Source of the DNA: a virus | Lineage: Duplodnaviria; Heunggongvirae; Uroviricota; Caudoviricetes | Strand: one strand, 5' to 3' | Length of the DNA: 47,318 nucleotides | IMG/VR virus record: IMGVR_UViG_2675903417_000001 | Coordinates: 1 to 47,318 of that record | In this document: positions 37,800 through 46,787 of the stretch, piece after piece | Position numbering within the stretch: position 1 is the stretch's first letter | Layout of the letters: each line of letters begins with the position of its first letter | The notes under the pieces: model-generated | Database searches by the model: none | Told to the model about the DNA's origin: nothing | The model's input: the letters and a program-made list of their open reading frames with translations, nothing else | Translations under genes and position numbers: made by a program

Positions 37800-37972
37800 T
37801 TTAAAGACCTTTCTCTACATTTCACTTCATTACATAACCACTTAAAAAACAGTAAGTTATCACCGAATCGGCCTGATTTTCATTTCAGTTAATTTCATGA
37901 CATTACAACCTCGTGATGGTATAAGTGATGGTATTCCCCAGTTCGATATGCAGATACCATCAATTTACCAAA

Positions 37973-39259
37973 ATGAGTACAGATATGGCCATTAATGTGC
38001 TTTCCCCCAAACAGATAGAAAACGCCAAGCCGAAGACCAATGATTACAAACTTACCGATGGAGGGAGTTTGTATCTACTGGTACGAAAGACTGGTGGAAA
38101 ATACTGGCGTATGAATTATCGTTTTGATGGAAAACAAGTGACATTGGCATTAGGGGTCTACCCAGATGTCTCACTTGCAACAGCGCGGAAACGGCGTGAT
38201 GAAGCCAGGCAACTACTAACCGATGGTCGTGATCCTCGCGAAGCAAAGAAACCCAAAAAGGAAGACCCAATTTCCCCCACGTTCGAGAGTGTTGCCAGAG
38301 AGTGGCATAGTGGAACGATGGGGCATCCTGAGTGGAAAGAGATCACCCGTAAAAAAATTCTCCGAGAAATGGAAAACCACCTCTTTCCTGCCATCGGTTC
38401 AAAGCCTATCGATACGCTCAAAACCCGTGACTTGATGCCGATGCTGGTTGAGATGACTGAGAAAGGAATTGGTGCCACAACGAGCCGGGTAAAAACCACT
38501 ATGACGAGCATCTTCCGTTATGCAGTGCAACGTGGAATTGTCGATTACAACCCTGCCCACGATCTAAAAGGTGCAATTACGGCCCCCAAAGTACGACATC
38601 GCCCCGCACTACCTCTCGAACGTTTACCTGAACTGTTAGCGAAAACGAGAAGTTACACGGGAAGACCATTGACTCGCCTAGCAGTTCTCTTTTCCCTGCA
38701 CACTTTTGTGCGATCCAGCGAACTACGACATGCCAGATGGGAGGAGATCGACATTGAAAATGGGCTATGGACGATACCAGGACAACGTGAAGAGATCGCA
38801 GGGGTTAAATTCTCAGATCGGGGTGCAAAGATGGGGGCTGCTCATTATGTCCCGCTATCTAGTCAGGCTATCGGGGTACTGGAGGATATAAGGAAAATCA
38901 GTGGTGAATATCTGCTGGTTTTCCCCGGTGACAGCAACCCATATAAACCGATGAGCGAAAACACAGTTAATAAAGCACTGCGAACGATGGGTTACGACAC
39001 TCAAACTGATGTATGCTTGCATGGGTTCAGGGCGATGGCCTGCTCTGCACTGACCGAATCAGGACTCTGGTCACGCGATGCAGTTGAACGGCAGATGAGT
39101 CACCAAGAAAGAAACGAAGTGCGGGCAGCATATGTGCATCTTGCGCAGCACATGCAGGAACGCCGCAGAATGATGCAATGGTGGTCTAATTATCTGGAAC
39201 TAAATAAGGACGAATTTCATGCTCCTTATGACTTATCAGGTATTAACATTATCAATTAA
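37973..39259 (+). CDS. int: P4-type tyrosine integrase
   Basis: ORF 37925-39259 (GTG); likely start ATG 37973 or 37985. N-terminal 'AKPKTNDYKLTDGGSLYLLVRKTGGKYWRMNYRFDGKQVTLALGVYPDVSLATARKRRDEAR' is typical of the P4 integrase arm-binding domain; C-terminal catalytic region with 'HGFRAM' and 'RAAYVHL'. Confidence 0.85.
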   Translation: MSTDMAINVLSPKQIENAKPKTNDYKLTDGGSLYLLVRKTGGKYWRMNYRFDGKQVTLALGVYPDVSLATARKRRDEARQLLTDGRDPREAKKPKKEDPISPTFESVAREWHSGTMGHPEWKEITRKKILREMENHLFPAIGSKPIDTLKTRDLMPMLVEMTEKGIGATTSRVKTTMTSIFRYAVQRGIVDYNPAHDLKGAITAPKVRHRPALPLERLPELLAKTRSYTGRPLTRLAVLFSLHTFVRSSELRHARWEEIDIENGLWTIPGQREEIAGVKFSDRGAKMGAAHYVPLSSQAIGVLEDIRKISGEYLLVFPGDSNPYKPMSENTVNKALRTMGYDTQTDVCLHGFRAMACSALTESGLWSRDAVERQMSHQERNEVRAAYVHLAQHMQERRRMMQWWSNYLELNKDEFHAPYDLSGINIIN

Positions 39260-39289
39260 ATACTCTTATAATTTAAAACAGAGGTCATA

Positions 39290-40171
39290 ATGCAGCATTC
39301 AACAGAGAATGAAACTATATTCTTAGGAAATCTATGGATTGACAAAAAAATACCACCATTAGAATATTGTTCATTTGAACGCGCTTCAAGACTATTAGAA
39401 TGCGAGATTGATGATTTATTACACCTATACGAAATAGGCGCTTTTAATATCGCATTCAAGGCGGATGGACTTGCAGTTAGATTTAATGTTAATTTCCTCA
39501 ATAAAAATCAGAAAATGGAAATTGACTTAATTCATCCCGTATTAACTAATCAATCACTAGAGATGGAGTTTTCAACAATATGGTATGACCTTAAAGATGA
39601 TTCCTTTGAACATTTTGAAAATGGGCTTCAAATTATAGGATTTGCCTGTGGTATTTGGTACGCCGATGATATGATAAGTGACATAAAAAATGGATTAGCT
39701 ATAGATCCAGATTATGAATTCAGGCTTAAACCGGTAAAAATACGAGATAATGTTTTGATGGCAACGGCCTCATATGAAGGAAATAAGGTCATTGATATTC
39801 CATTTGAAGATCTTCTTATCATGCGAAGAGATTTAGAGTTAATATGGAAATCAGTAAAAACTGGAATTCCTATGCCAAGTTTACTTACGAAAAGAATTTC
39901 ATCTGAACCTAAAATCCCCAAGCGATTAAATAACACTGCTGAGCATCATGCAAAAAATAGGGAGGGGTTATTAAATGCAGCCATATATATTTTAGCAAAA
40001 TACCCAAGCGAATGTCGTGGTGAAAGAAAAGAGATAAGTCCTGAAAAGTGGACTAACGCCATAATTAAACATTTAGGAGAGCTACCTCCAATATTTATCA
40101 CTAATGAACAAGAAATCTTAAGAAAATTACGATTAGCGGTTAATCATGCGGGGTTAAAACAAAAGGGGTAG
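39290..40171 (+). CDS. hypothetical AT-rich cargo protein (293 aa)
   Basis: ORF starting 31 nt after int stop; visibly low GC relative to int and downstream satellite genes; no motif recognised. Confidence 0.6.
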   Translation: MQHSTENETIFLGNLWIDKKIPPLEYCSFERASRLLECEIDDLLHLYEIGAFNIAFKADGLAVRFNVNFLNKNQKMEIDLIHPVLTNQSLEMEFSTIWYDLKDDSFEHFENGLQIIGFACGIWYADDMISDIKNGLAIDPDYEFRLKPVKIRDNVLMATASYEGNKVIDIPFEDLLIMRRDLELIWKSVKTGIPMPSLLTKRISSEPKIPKRLNNTAEHHAKNREGLLNAAIYILAKYPSECRGERKEISPEKWTNAIIKHLGELPPIFITNEQEILRKLRLAVNHAGLKQKG

Positions 40172-40273
40172 ACTGAAACAATCTACAGGTAGAGTTGATT
40201 ACACTACCTTCACAGCATTTTGATATCCCCATAGTATCTGCCGTGTTCATTACATAACACGGCAGGTAATTTC

Positions 40274-40489
40274 ATGACATTAAAAACTTATCCTATCACT
40301 GGACATGCCCGCCCACGAGCTACTGCTGACTTTTTGCAAATAAGTACGGTTACTCTCTGGCGCTGGGAAAAGAACAATCCTGAATTTCCCAAATCTATAC
40401 GCATTTCAAAACGGGTATCTGTTTACGATGCACAAGAAATTAGGCAGTGGGTTAAAGCTCAATCAGCAGGATTGGAGGAAGTAGTGTAA
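40274..40489 (+). CDS. alpA: AlpA-family transcriptional regulator
   Basis: 71-aa ORF; 'DFLQISTVTLWRWEKNNPEFPKSIRISKRVSVYDAQEIRQWV' fits AlpA HTH pattern. Confidence 0.7.
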   Translation: MTLKTYPITGHARPRATADFLQISTVTLWRWEKNNPEFPKSIRISKRVSVYDAQEIRQWVKAQSAGLEEVV

Positions 40490-40538
40490 TGACAATATTA
40501 ACAAAGCTGGGGAGAAAAAAGCCTCCCCAACGTATTAA

Positions 40539-40733
40539 TCAATTCTTTGGTTCTAAACCTCGGCTTTGTAACTCTTTGCGTAGAATGCGCTTGATCCAAG
40601 CCGCTAGCGATTCATCGCCATCCTGCTGTTGTGCTTGTTCCATCAGTTCACGCAGTTCAGGGTCAAGTCGGAACTGGAATGGCGGATTCCCACGTCTTTC
40701 ATTTTTGTGTGTTGACACGTCAATTACACCCAT
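40539..40733 (-). CDS. possible ribbon-helix-helix regulator
   Basis: 64-aa ORF; 'PPFQFRLDPELRELMEQ' resembles an RHH strand-helix; divergent from icd-like gene. Confidence 0.4.
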   Translation of the reverse strand: MGVIDVSTHKNERRGNPPFQFRLDPELRELMEQAQQQDGDESLAAWIKRILRKELQSRGLEPKN

Positions 40734-40765
40734 TGTAATGTATTTATGTGTAATGACACATTACA
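40712..40765. promoter_or_regulatory. palindrome-rich divergent control region
   Basis: Perfect palindrome TTGACACGTCAA (40712-40723) and inverted repeat GTGTAATG-ACA-CATTACAC (40747-40765), plus repeated GTAATG motifs. Confidence 0.35.
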
Positions 40766-40849
40766 CACAGAAAAACAAAATAGCAACGCCCCGGAGTGTT
40801 TGCAGCAGCACCGAGGCGTCTGACCAGCACGTTATATGAGGTAACGAAG

Positions 40850-41026
40850 ATGGCTAAACAGAAGTGTACCTGGTTATTTGCGGCGATCAACCGCAGTCAA
40901 CGTAATGCCCGTCCGGTGATGTTAAGGATCATCGCAGATAACGAACGATCAGCGCGGCGCAGACTTGCCCCGGACTATGTACTGAGCTTTGCCGGGCGCA
41001 TTCCCTGCGGAGGTGAACATGCGTAA
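40850..41026 (+). CDS. Icd-like small protein
   Basis: ORF 40796-41026; likely start ATG 40850 with GAGG 8 nt upstream; 'WLFAAINRSQRNARPVMLRIIADNERSARRRLAPDYVLSFAGRIP' resembles Icd-like proteins of P4-like elements as recalled. Confidence 0.45.
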   Translation: MAKQKCTWLFAAINRSQRNARPVMLRIIADNERSARRRLAPDYVLSFAGRIPCGGEHA

Positions 41027-41378
41027 TTATCCGCACCCCGGCGAACGCTGGCAGCATGAACGTGGCTGGACGGTCACGATTATCCGATTAATAGAAGCCT
41101 CGCCCTCTGTGGCGCTGGTTAATCCTGAATTCAGCTGTGAAGTGCTGATACGTCATGACAGCGACAACCAGCTATCCTCCTGCCCTCTGGCATGGTTTGA
41201 ACAGCGGTATACGCGCCTGTTTGATGTACCGCTCTTTAAGCCTGCACCAGCTCCTGCAGGCGGTAGTGGTTCCGGCCCGCTGACACTGCATCCGTCTGTG
41301 CTATTTATCCGCTGGCGGGAGCGTAGCATATGGCGCTCTGCTGAGCCTGACGACGGTCACTATTCAAAGTTTCTCTGA
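41019..41378 (+). CDS. hypothetical protein
   Basis: ORF 40989-41378; likely start ATG 41019 with GGAGG 5 nt upstream, overlapping upstream stop. Confidence 0.4.
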   Translation: MRNYPHPGERWQHERGWTVTIIRLIEASPSVALVNPEFSCEVLIRHDSDNQLSSCPLAWFEQRYTRLFDVPLFKPAPAPAGGSGSGPLTLHPSVLFIRWRERSIWRSAEPDDGHYSKFL

Positions 41379-41409
41379 CAAAATACCGCTGAAAACGGAG
41401 TAATCCACG

Positions 41410-41694
41410 ATGAATATTTCAAACGGGCACAACGGTGCTCAGGGCCACACTTTGCCTGAAAAACACAATACCGGTGCTTTTGCCTATGGGTTGTCAGAGG
41501 ACAGTTTCGGAAAGCTGACCCGCGCAAGAAATGCCTGCGACATGCTCCAGCTTCTCTTTTCTGAATACCCGTCTCAGGCCGGAGCACTGGACGCTGGCTG
41601 TGCGCATGGTGTCGCCGCGCTGATGGAGTACCTGCTGGCAGATTTGACGGATATTGCACACAGCTGCGCACTGATTGAAGGAGGTGCCAGATGA
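41410..41694 (+). CDS. hypothetical protein
   Basis: 94-aa ORF upstream of primase; overlaps next start. Confidence 0.4.
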   Translation: MNISNGHNGAQGHTLPEKHNTGAFAYGLSEDSFGKLTRARNACDMLQLLFSEYPSQAGALDAGCAHGVAALMEYLLADLTDIAHSCALIEGGAR

Positions 41695-42074
41695 ACCAGC
41701 CGCAGGTTTCCATTTTCCCGGCAGAAATGACCACCGCGCTTTACCGGCGGGCTATTGCTTCAGCATGGCGGCAGAAAATGCTGAACGAAACTGGCAGTGA
41801 TCAGTATGGTCCGCACAGCCTGACGGTGGAGCGTATTGAAATGGCCATTGCGCTGCATATCGAGTGCGTACTGATTAACGAGTACGGCGAAGTGCAGGGC
41901 GCCGCTGCCGCGCTGGCACTGCTGACTGACATGCTGGAGCCGTCACTGCTGACCGCGCCGCCGGTACTGACCGCGCGCGGCTGTGAAGTGATGGCGGAGA
42001 TGTACCGCACGCTTCCGGCGGCCTTTGATGACTTCTGCAGTACCGGTGTGACGTTGTATGAGGGGGAAGTATGA
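41691..42074 (+). CDS. hypothetical protein
   Basis: 127-aa ORF coupled to primase gene (ATGA overlap). Confidence 0.4.
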   Translation: MNQPQVSIFPAEMTTALYRRAIASAWRQKMLNETGSDQYGPHSLTVERIEMAIALHIECVLINEYGEVQGAAAALALLTDMLEPSLLTAPPVLTARGCEVMAEMYRTLPAAFDDFCSTGVTLYEGEV

Positions 42075-44743
42075 CAATACAGACGGTTACGCAGATTTCA
42101 GCCGCCGCACGGGGGAAATGGCCCGTTATTCTGCAGATGCTGCGTATTGATGTACCTGAAAACGGCAGGCACGGTCCCTGCCCGAAATGTGGGGGCAAGG
42201 ATCGTTTTCGCCTTGATGACCTTGACGGGCGCGGGACGTGGATCTGCAGCCAGTGTGGCAATGGTGACGGTCTGGATCTGGTTAAGCTCGTAACCGGTTA
42301 CAGCGTCAGAAAGGCTGCGCAGGAGGTGGCGCAGGTGCTTAATGTGCCGGATGTGCAGGAACTGCCTGTTAAGCCTGCCAGACAAAAAGCCCCTAAACGC
42401 GACATGGGTCTTACCGTGGCGGCGCTGATGAAAGAGAGCCACACGGGAGAAAGCGCCTATCTGACAGGAAAAGGGTTCGCCGGATACCCGGCCTCTCTGA
42501 CCGGAAGCGTGCAGCATATCAGCGGTAAGGATTTTCCTGCCGGTTCCCTGCTGTTACCACTCACGACCAACACCGGAGCCGTGACCGGTGCACAGCTTAT
42601 CGCCCCGACGGGTGAAAAAAGCATACTGCCCGGCAGCACGATGAAAGGCGCGTTTGTGTCGCTCAGCCCGTTACCGTCTGAACCACCGGTACAGGTGGTG
42701 ATTACCGAAGGTTACGCTACGGCGCTGACGGTAAGCCAGCTCACTGCCGGATGCGTAGTGGCTGCCATATCTGCGGGCAACCTGCCCAATGTGGCGCAGT
42801 CGCTGCGGGCACGCTGGCCTGAGGTAAAAATTATCATCGCCGGTGATAACGATTTTCAGGACGGGGGTGAGAATCCCGGCAGAGCCTTTGCTGAACGGGC
42901 GGCAAAAGCTGTTGGCGGCTGGATGACGCTGCCACCAGGAGAGATTAAGGCTGACTGGAATGACTTTCATCGGGAGCACGGTATTACCCGTGCCCGTGAA
43001 GCCTTTCGCAACGGTCTGGTACTGTGCGGGGAAGGCCGCACGCAACTGCCGCACGGGTTCCGTCTTACCCAGGAATATCTCTGGTATGAAAAGCAGGTAC
43101 AGCGCAACGGTGAGACGGAGATCCAGAACGTCAAAATATGCAGCCCGCTGCGCGTGACGGCAATCACCTGCGATGCCGATGGCGGTAACTTCGGACGACT
43201 GCTGGAATGGGAAGATACGTGGGGTGAGTGTCGCCGCTGGGCGATGCCGATGGAAATGCTGAGCGGCAGTGGTGAGGAACTGCGCCGGGTACTGCTGGTT
43301 AACGGGCTGTCTTATATCAGCACCACCGGTGAGGCACGCGCACGCCTGATGGAATATATCTCACTGTGTAAACCGGAACGCCGCGTGACCTGCGTCAGTC
43401 GTACTGGCTGGCATGGTCAGGTTTACGTCCTGCAGGATGAGGTCAGCGGTGAAGGTGCAGAGGGTGTCATTCTCCAGACCACTTCCGTGCAGGGGCGTGA
43501 TTTCCGCGTGTCGGGCACAACAGAGGAATGGCGGGAGCATGTATCCCGCTACTGTACCGGCAACTCCCGCGTGGCATTTGCTGTCAGCCTGGCCTTTGCT
43601 GCACCACTGTTACGGCTGGTTGGTATGGACGGCGGCGGCTACCACCTCAAAGGGGAATCGACAGACGGTAAGACCACCACCATGAAAGCGGCAACCTCCG
43701 TCTGCGGCGGGCCTGACTACTGGCAGACATGGCGGGCCACCGGCAACGCGCTGGAGGGATGCGCCAGCCGCCGCAACGATGCTGCCATGATGCTTGATGA
43801 GATCCGGGAAGTTGACGGACGCGAGGCAGGCAATATCGCCTACATGCTGGCAAACGGTCAGGGCAAGGGCCGTGCCGGTACGGACGGTGAGCTGCGTACC
43901 CGTAAGCAGTGGCGCCTGTTGTTCTTTTCAACTGGCGAGTTGTCTCTGACCGAACATGCGGCAAAGGCCGGTGAGCGTACTTTTGCCGGGATGGAAGTCA
44001 GGATGATCCAGATCCCCAGCGATTCCGGGAAGTTTGGCGTTTTTGAGGAGCTGCACGGCTTCGACAGCGGCAAGGCTCTGGCAGAGCATCTTGAATGGGC
44101 CACGTCCTGCTACTACGGTTCGCCGTTCCGGGAGTGGCTGAAAGCACTGACCGCTGATCTTAACGGACTAACGGCACAGGCAAAATCGCTGATGAAGGAA
44201 TATGCTGCCGCCCTGACTCCTAAAGATGCAGGCAATCAGGTGGGCCGGGCTGTGAACCGCTTTGCACTGGTGGCGATGGCAGGTGAACTGGCAACCCGTC
44301 TGGGTATCACCGGCTGGCCTGAGGGTGAAGCACTGCGGGCAACCCGCGTCTGCCTGAACGCATGGCTGAAAGATCGCGGGCACACCGCCAATCAGGAAGA
44401 TATCGCCGCACTGGAGCAGGTTCGCAGTTTCTTTACCGCGAATCAGTACAGCCGCTTTGCAGACTGGTATGACGAGCGCAACCGCCCCGGCAATATGGTG
44501 GGCTGGCGCAGGGTGGAGAAAGGCAGTACCGCGCAGGGCACGGAAGCTGTCACTACGTTCTATGTCATGCCGTCCGGCTGGAAAGAAATCTGCAGGGGAT
44601 TTGACCCGCGCAAGGTGGCGCGTCTGTGCGTAGATCGTGGATACCTGCTGCCCTCCACTGATGGCAAACTCCAGACAACCATTCGCCCGCCAGAGATGAA
44701 TCCCCGCAGGCTCTATGTCTTCAACAGCGAGGTGCCGGGTTAA
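42071..44743 (+). CDS. primase/helicase-type replication protein (zinc-ribbon + TOPRIM + C-terminal NTPase; P4 alpha-like)
   Basis: 890-aa ORF; zinc ribbon 'CPKCGGKDRFRLDDLDGRGTWICSQCG', TOPRIM 'VVITEGYATALTV...IIAGDND', Walker A-like 'GESTDGKTT'. Confidence 0.85.
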   Translation: MTIQTVTQISAAARGKWPVILQMLRIDVPENGRHGPCPKCGGKDRFRLDDLDGRGTWICSQCGNGDGLDLVKLVTGYSVRKAAQEVAQVLNVPDVQELPVKPARQKAPKRDMGLTVAALMKESHTGESAYLTGKGFAGYPASLTGSVQHISGKDFPAGSLLLPLTTNTGAVTGAQLIAPTGEKSILPGSTMKGAFVSLSPLPSEPPVQVVITEGYATALTVSQLTAGCVVAAISAGNLPNVAQSLRARWPEVKIIIAGDNDFQDGGENPGRAFAERAAKAVGGWMTLPPGEIKADWNDFHREHGITRAREAFRNGLVLCGEGRTQLPHGFRLTQEYLWYEKQVQRNGETEIQNVKICSPLRVTAITCDADGGNFGRLLEWEDTWGECRRWAMPMEMLSGSGEELRRVLLVNGLSYISTTGEARARLMEYISLCKPERRVTCVSRTGWHGQVYVLQDEVSGEGAEGVILQTTSVQGRDFRVSGTTEEWREHVSRYCTGNSRVAFAVSLAFAAPLLRLVGMDGGGYHLKGESTDGKTTTMKAATSVCGGPDYWQTWRATGNALEGCASRRNDAAMMLDEIREVDGREAGNIAYMLANGQGKGRAGTDGELRTRKQWRLLFFSTGELSLTEHAAKAGERTFAGMEVRMIQIPSDSGKFGVFEELHGFDSGKALAEHLEWATSCYYGSPFREWLKALTADLNGLTAQAKSLMKEYAAALTPKDAGNQVGRAVNRFALVAMAGELATRLGITGWPEGEALRATRVCLNAWLKDRGHTANQEDIAALEQVRSFFTANQYSRFADWYDERNRPGNMVGWRRVEKGSTAQGTEAVTTFYVMPSGWKEICRGFDPRKVARLCVDRGYLLPSTDGKLQTTIRPPEMNPRRLYVFNSEVPG

Positions 44744-44777
44744 GGCTTTGCGTGAGTCTTATTTATTAAGGGTAACA

Positions 44778-44965
44778 GGTGAAACAGGTGGAACAACCGT
44801 ATTTTACAGGGCTGAACCTGATCCACCTTCTGAAATAGTGAGGTGGAACAGATGTAACGCCAGCCAATCCGCTGTTCCACCTTGTTACCCGCGATGTTCC
44901 ACCGGTGCAGTGTATATAAATGCCTTATAAAACAAAGCAGTAACACATGTTTCACCTGTTCCACC
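44778..44965. repeat. iteron cluster (TGTT[C/T]CACC x7, both orientations); candidate satellite ori
   Basis: GGTGAAACA 44778, GGTGGAACA 44787 and 44842, TGTTCCACC 44873, 44895 and 44957, TGTTTCACC 44948; downstream of primase; resembles P4 type I iterons (TGTTCACC) as recalled. Confidence 0.55.
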
Positions 44966-45053
44966 GCATCAGGGACATAAAGCAGACTGAAACAGAGGGT
45001 ATTTTTATCTGGCTGGCTTTCATAGCCACGTCTGAATAACCGCAAGCGCCCGT

Positions 45054-45109
45054 TGTGCCAGCCACCACACACTGAGCACCGATAGTGTGCTTGTGTCAGC
45101 CACGACACA
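45054..45109 (+). promoter_or_regulatory. candidate Ogr/Delta-dependent late promoter upstream of sid
   Basis: Two TGT-N12-ACA dyads (45054-45071 and 45092-45109) 35-90 bp upstream of the sid ATG. Confidence 0.45.
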
Positions 45110-45143
45110 ATTGACGTAACGAACCAACCCGACAGGAGAAGTC

Positions 45144-45887
45144 ATGAACAACACCGCAGTGAATAACAACCTTTCCACTTTTCCGGCTGTAACGCAGCGG
45201 GCACTGGAAACCATGAACACAGCCAGAAACGCATGGCTTGAAGCACGTCGTCAGCAGAAAGCGGCAGCGGATAATATTGCGACAATCCGCCAGCGTCGCG
45301 CTGAAATGGAAGCCACGACGAACACACTGAATGAGGAGTGGCGCACGCTGTTTCGTGAAAGTCAGGGCGTGGTCTCAAAGGAAATGAAAAAACTGCGCAC
45401 GGAAATTGCGCTGGGACGAGAAACGCTTGAGGATTTTGATGAGCTGCTGGCGGCTCAGGAAAGCGAAAATGCACTTTTGCCGCAGAAAGCTGCGGAATTA
45501 GCCGGAAAGTATATCCACGCGCATAACATTCTTGTGGATATTCGCGCAAAACAAATCTGGGAAGATTTTATGCAGTCGCATGGAAAAGCGCTTATTCAGA
45601 CGCTGAGCCTGCTTAAATCCACAATGGGCCGGGAAGCCAGTGCCGTTGTGGGTGTGGTGAATTCAGTTAATGACCCGGACACAGTGCTGAAAGACTTTAT
45701 TCATAAACATATCACCAGACCGGCTCTGGCTAACGATGCGATGCCTGAACAGGACCCGGTGTTTAAACTGGCGGGAGTTGCCCCGGATTATGCGGCGCGT
45801 CTGGATTTCAGTAATCAACTCTCTCCGGCAGCTATGCATAAAATAAAGGTTCGTCAGGAACTTGCTGAGAAGGAGAAAGCAGTATGA
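45144..45887 (+). CDS. sid: Sid-like capsid size-determination protein
   Basis: 247-aa helical ORF immediately upstream of psu; size and position as P4 Sid; sequence not independently recognised. Confidence 0.5.
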   Translation: MNNTAVNNNLSTFPAVTQRALETMNTARNAWLEARRQQKAAADNIATIRQRRAEMEATTNTLNEEWRTLFRESQGVVSKEMKKLRTEIALGRETLEDFDELLAAQESENALLPQKAAELAGKYIHAHNILVDIRAKQIWEDFMQSHGKALIQTLSLLKSTMGREASAVVGVVNSVNDPDTVLKDFIHKHITRPALANDAMPEQDPVFKLAGVAPDYAARLDFSNQLSPAAMHKIKVRQELAEKEKAV

Positions 45888-46435
45888 CGGCCCGAGGCAC
45901 ACCTGACCAGGCACTTACCAGTTTTCGGAATGCCCGTATTCTGTGGGCCGGACATAGTGAGAGCCGAAAAGCCGTTGAACAACAGATAACATCTCTCCTC
46001 GCTGCCACAGAAAAACCAGCAGATTATGCCCGACAGCTCGAATTACTGCGGGAACGTCTGGATGTGCTGAAATGGCAAATTAACTGTGCTGCTCGGGAAT
46101 GCATTTACTCGCAGCATTTATTGATGGAGGCCTGCACAGAAGCTGCTCTCAGCAATTTTATGCAGGCGAATGGGGCAGCCCTGACATCTGCACTGGCTCC
46201 GTTCCTGAAGGGGCGCGGAGGGGTTGACGTTGCGTCCCGTATATTACGCAGTGCTCTGGTTCGCCAGCTGGCAATAACACCGCCTGAAATTGCCGGGGAT
46301 TATCGTGAGATCCTGGATGAATCCGGTTTGATGCCAGACCCCGGGATGATTCGTGATTGCCAGGGCTCTTACACCCCGGCACAACATCTGCGTTTTCAGC
46401 AACGCCTGAATGACATTAACGATATACAGGAGTGA
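45884..46435 (+). CDS. psu: Psu (polarity suppression / capsid decoration) protein
   Basis: 183-aa ORF; 'LKWQINCAARECI', 'NFMQANGAALTSALAPFL', 'YTPAQHLRF' align by eye with P4 Psu as recalled. Confidence 0.7.
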   Translation: MTARGTPDQALTSFRNARILWAGHSESRKAVEQQITSLLAATEKPADYARQLELLRERLDVLKWQINCAARECIYSQHLLMEACTEAALSNFMQANGAALTSALAPFLKGRGGVDVASRILRSALVRQLAITPPEIAGDYREILDESGLMPDPGMIRDCQGSYTPAQHLRFQQRLNDINDIQE

Positions 46436-46440
46436 TATTA

Positions 46441-46713
46441 ATGGCACTTAAATGTCCGGAATGCGGTACAGTTGCACACGCCAGAACAGCAGCCTATGAA
46501 GCTCCGTCAGTTAAACGCTCGTGGTATCAGTGCCAGAATCTGGAATGTTCCTGCACATTTACGGCACTGGAGAGTGTGGATAAGATAATCATGAAACCCC
46601 GGCGCAATGAACAGGAACCAGACAAATCACAAACCCCGGTAAAACAACAGCAAACGCTCAATCGCTATGGCTCCGCGTCAAAACTGTCAAGCCGTCAGCA
46701 GATTCCTGTCTAA
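46441..46713 (+). CDS. delta: Ogr/Delta-family zinc-finger late transcription activator
   Basis: ORF 46432-46713; from ATG 46441: 'MALKCPECGTVAHARTAAYEAPSVKRSWYQCQNLECSCTF' is the Ogr/Delta C2C2 pattern. Confidence 0.75.
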   Translation: MALKCPECGTVAHARTAAYEAPSVKRSWYQCQNLECSCTFTALESVDKIIMKPRRNEQEPDKSQTPVKQQQTLNRYGSASKLSSRQQIPV

Positions 46714-46733
46714 TTAGAAAAAAACGCCCACGT

Positions 46734-46760
46734 AATCCCGGTCGAGTACCGGGATTTTTA
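46734..46760 (+). terminator. intrinsic terminator after delta
   Basis: Hairpin AATCCCGGT-CGAGT-ACCGGGATT followed by TTTT. Confidence 0.5.
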
Positions 46761-46787
46761 ACACCTTTTCCCTGGCTGGCCTGAGAG

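Noticed and set aside
40489-40839. 116-aa plus-strand ORF (Ser/Cys/Arg-rich) between alpA and the icd-like gene
   Set aside because: Low-complexity product antisense to an RHH-like frame and spanning a palindrome-rich regulatory region; more likely an artefact, though the RHH call is itself uncertain
41360-44383. Numerous minus-strand and alternative-frame ORFs in the GC-rich satellite core (e.g. 41360-41734, 41875-42261, 42098-42517, 42671-43054, 43647-43964)
   Set aside because: High GC content yields long spurious open frames; all overlap the coupled plus-strand operon ending in the well-supported primase gene
44715-45108. ORFs 44715-44930 (plus) and 44740-45108 (minus) between primase and sid
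   Set aside because: They span the iteron cluster and TGT-N12-ACA promoter dyads; the region is better explained as non-coding ori and promoter DNA
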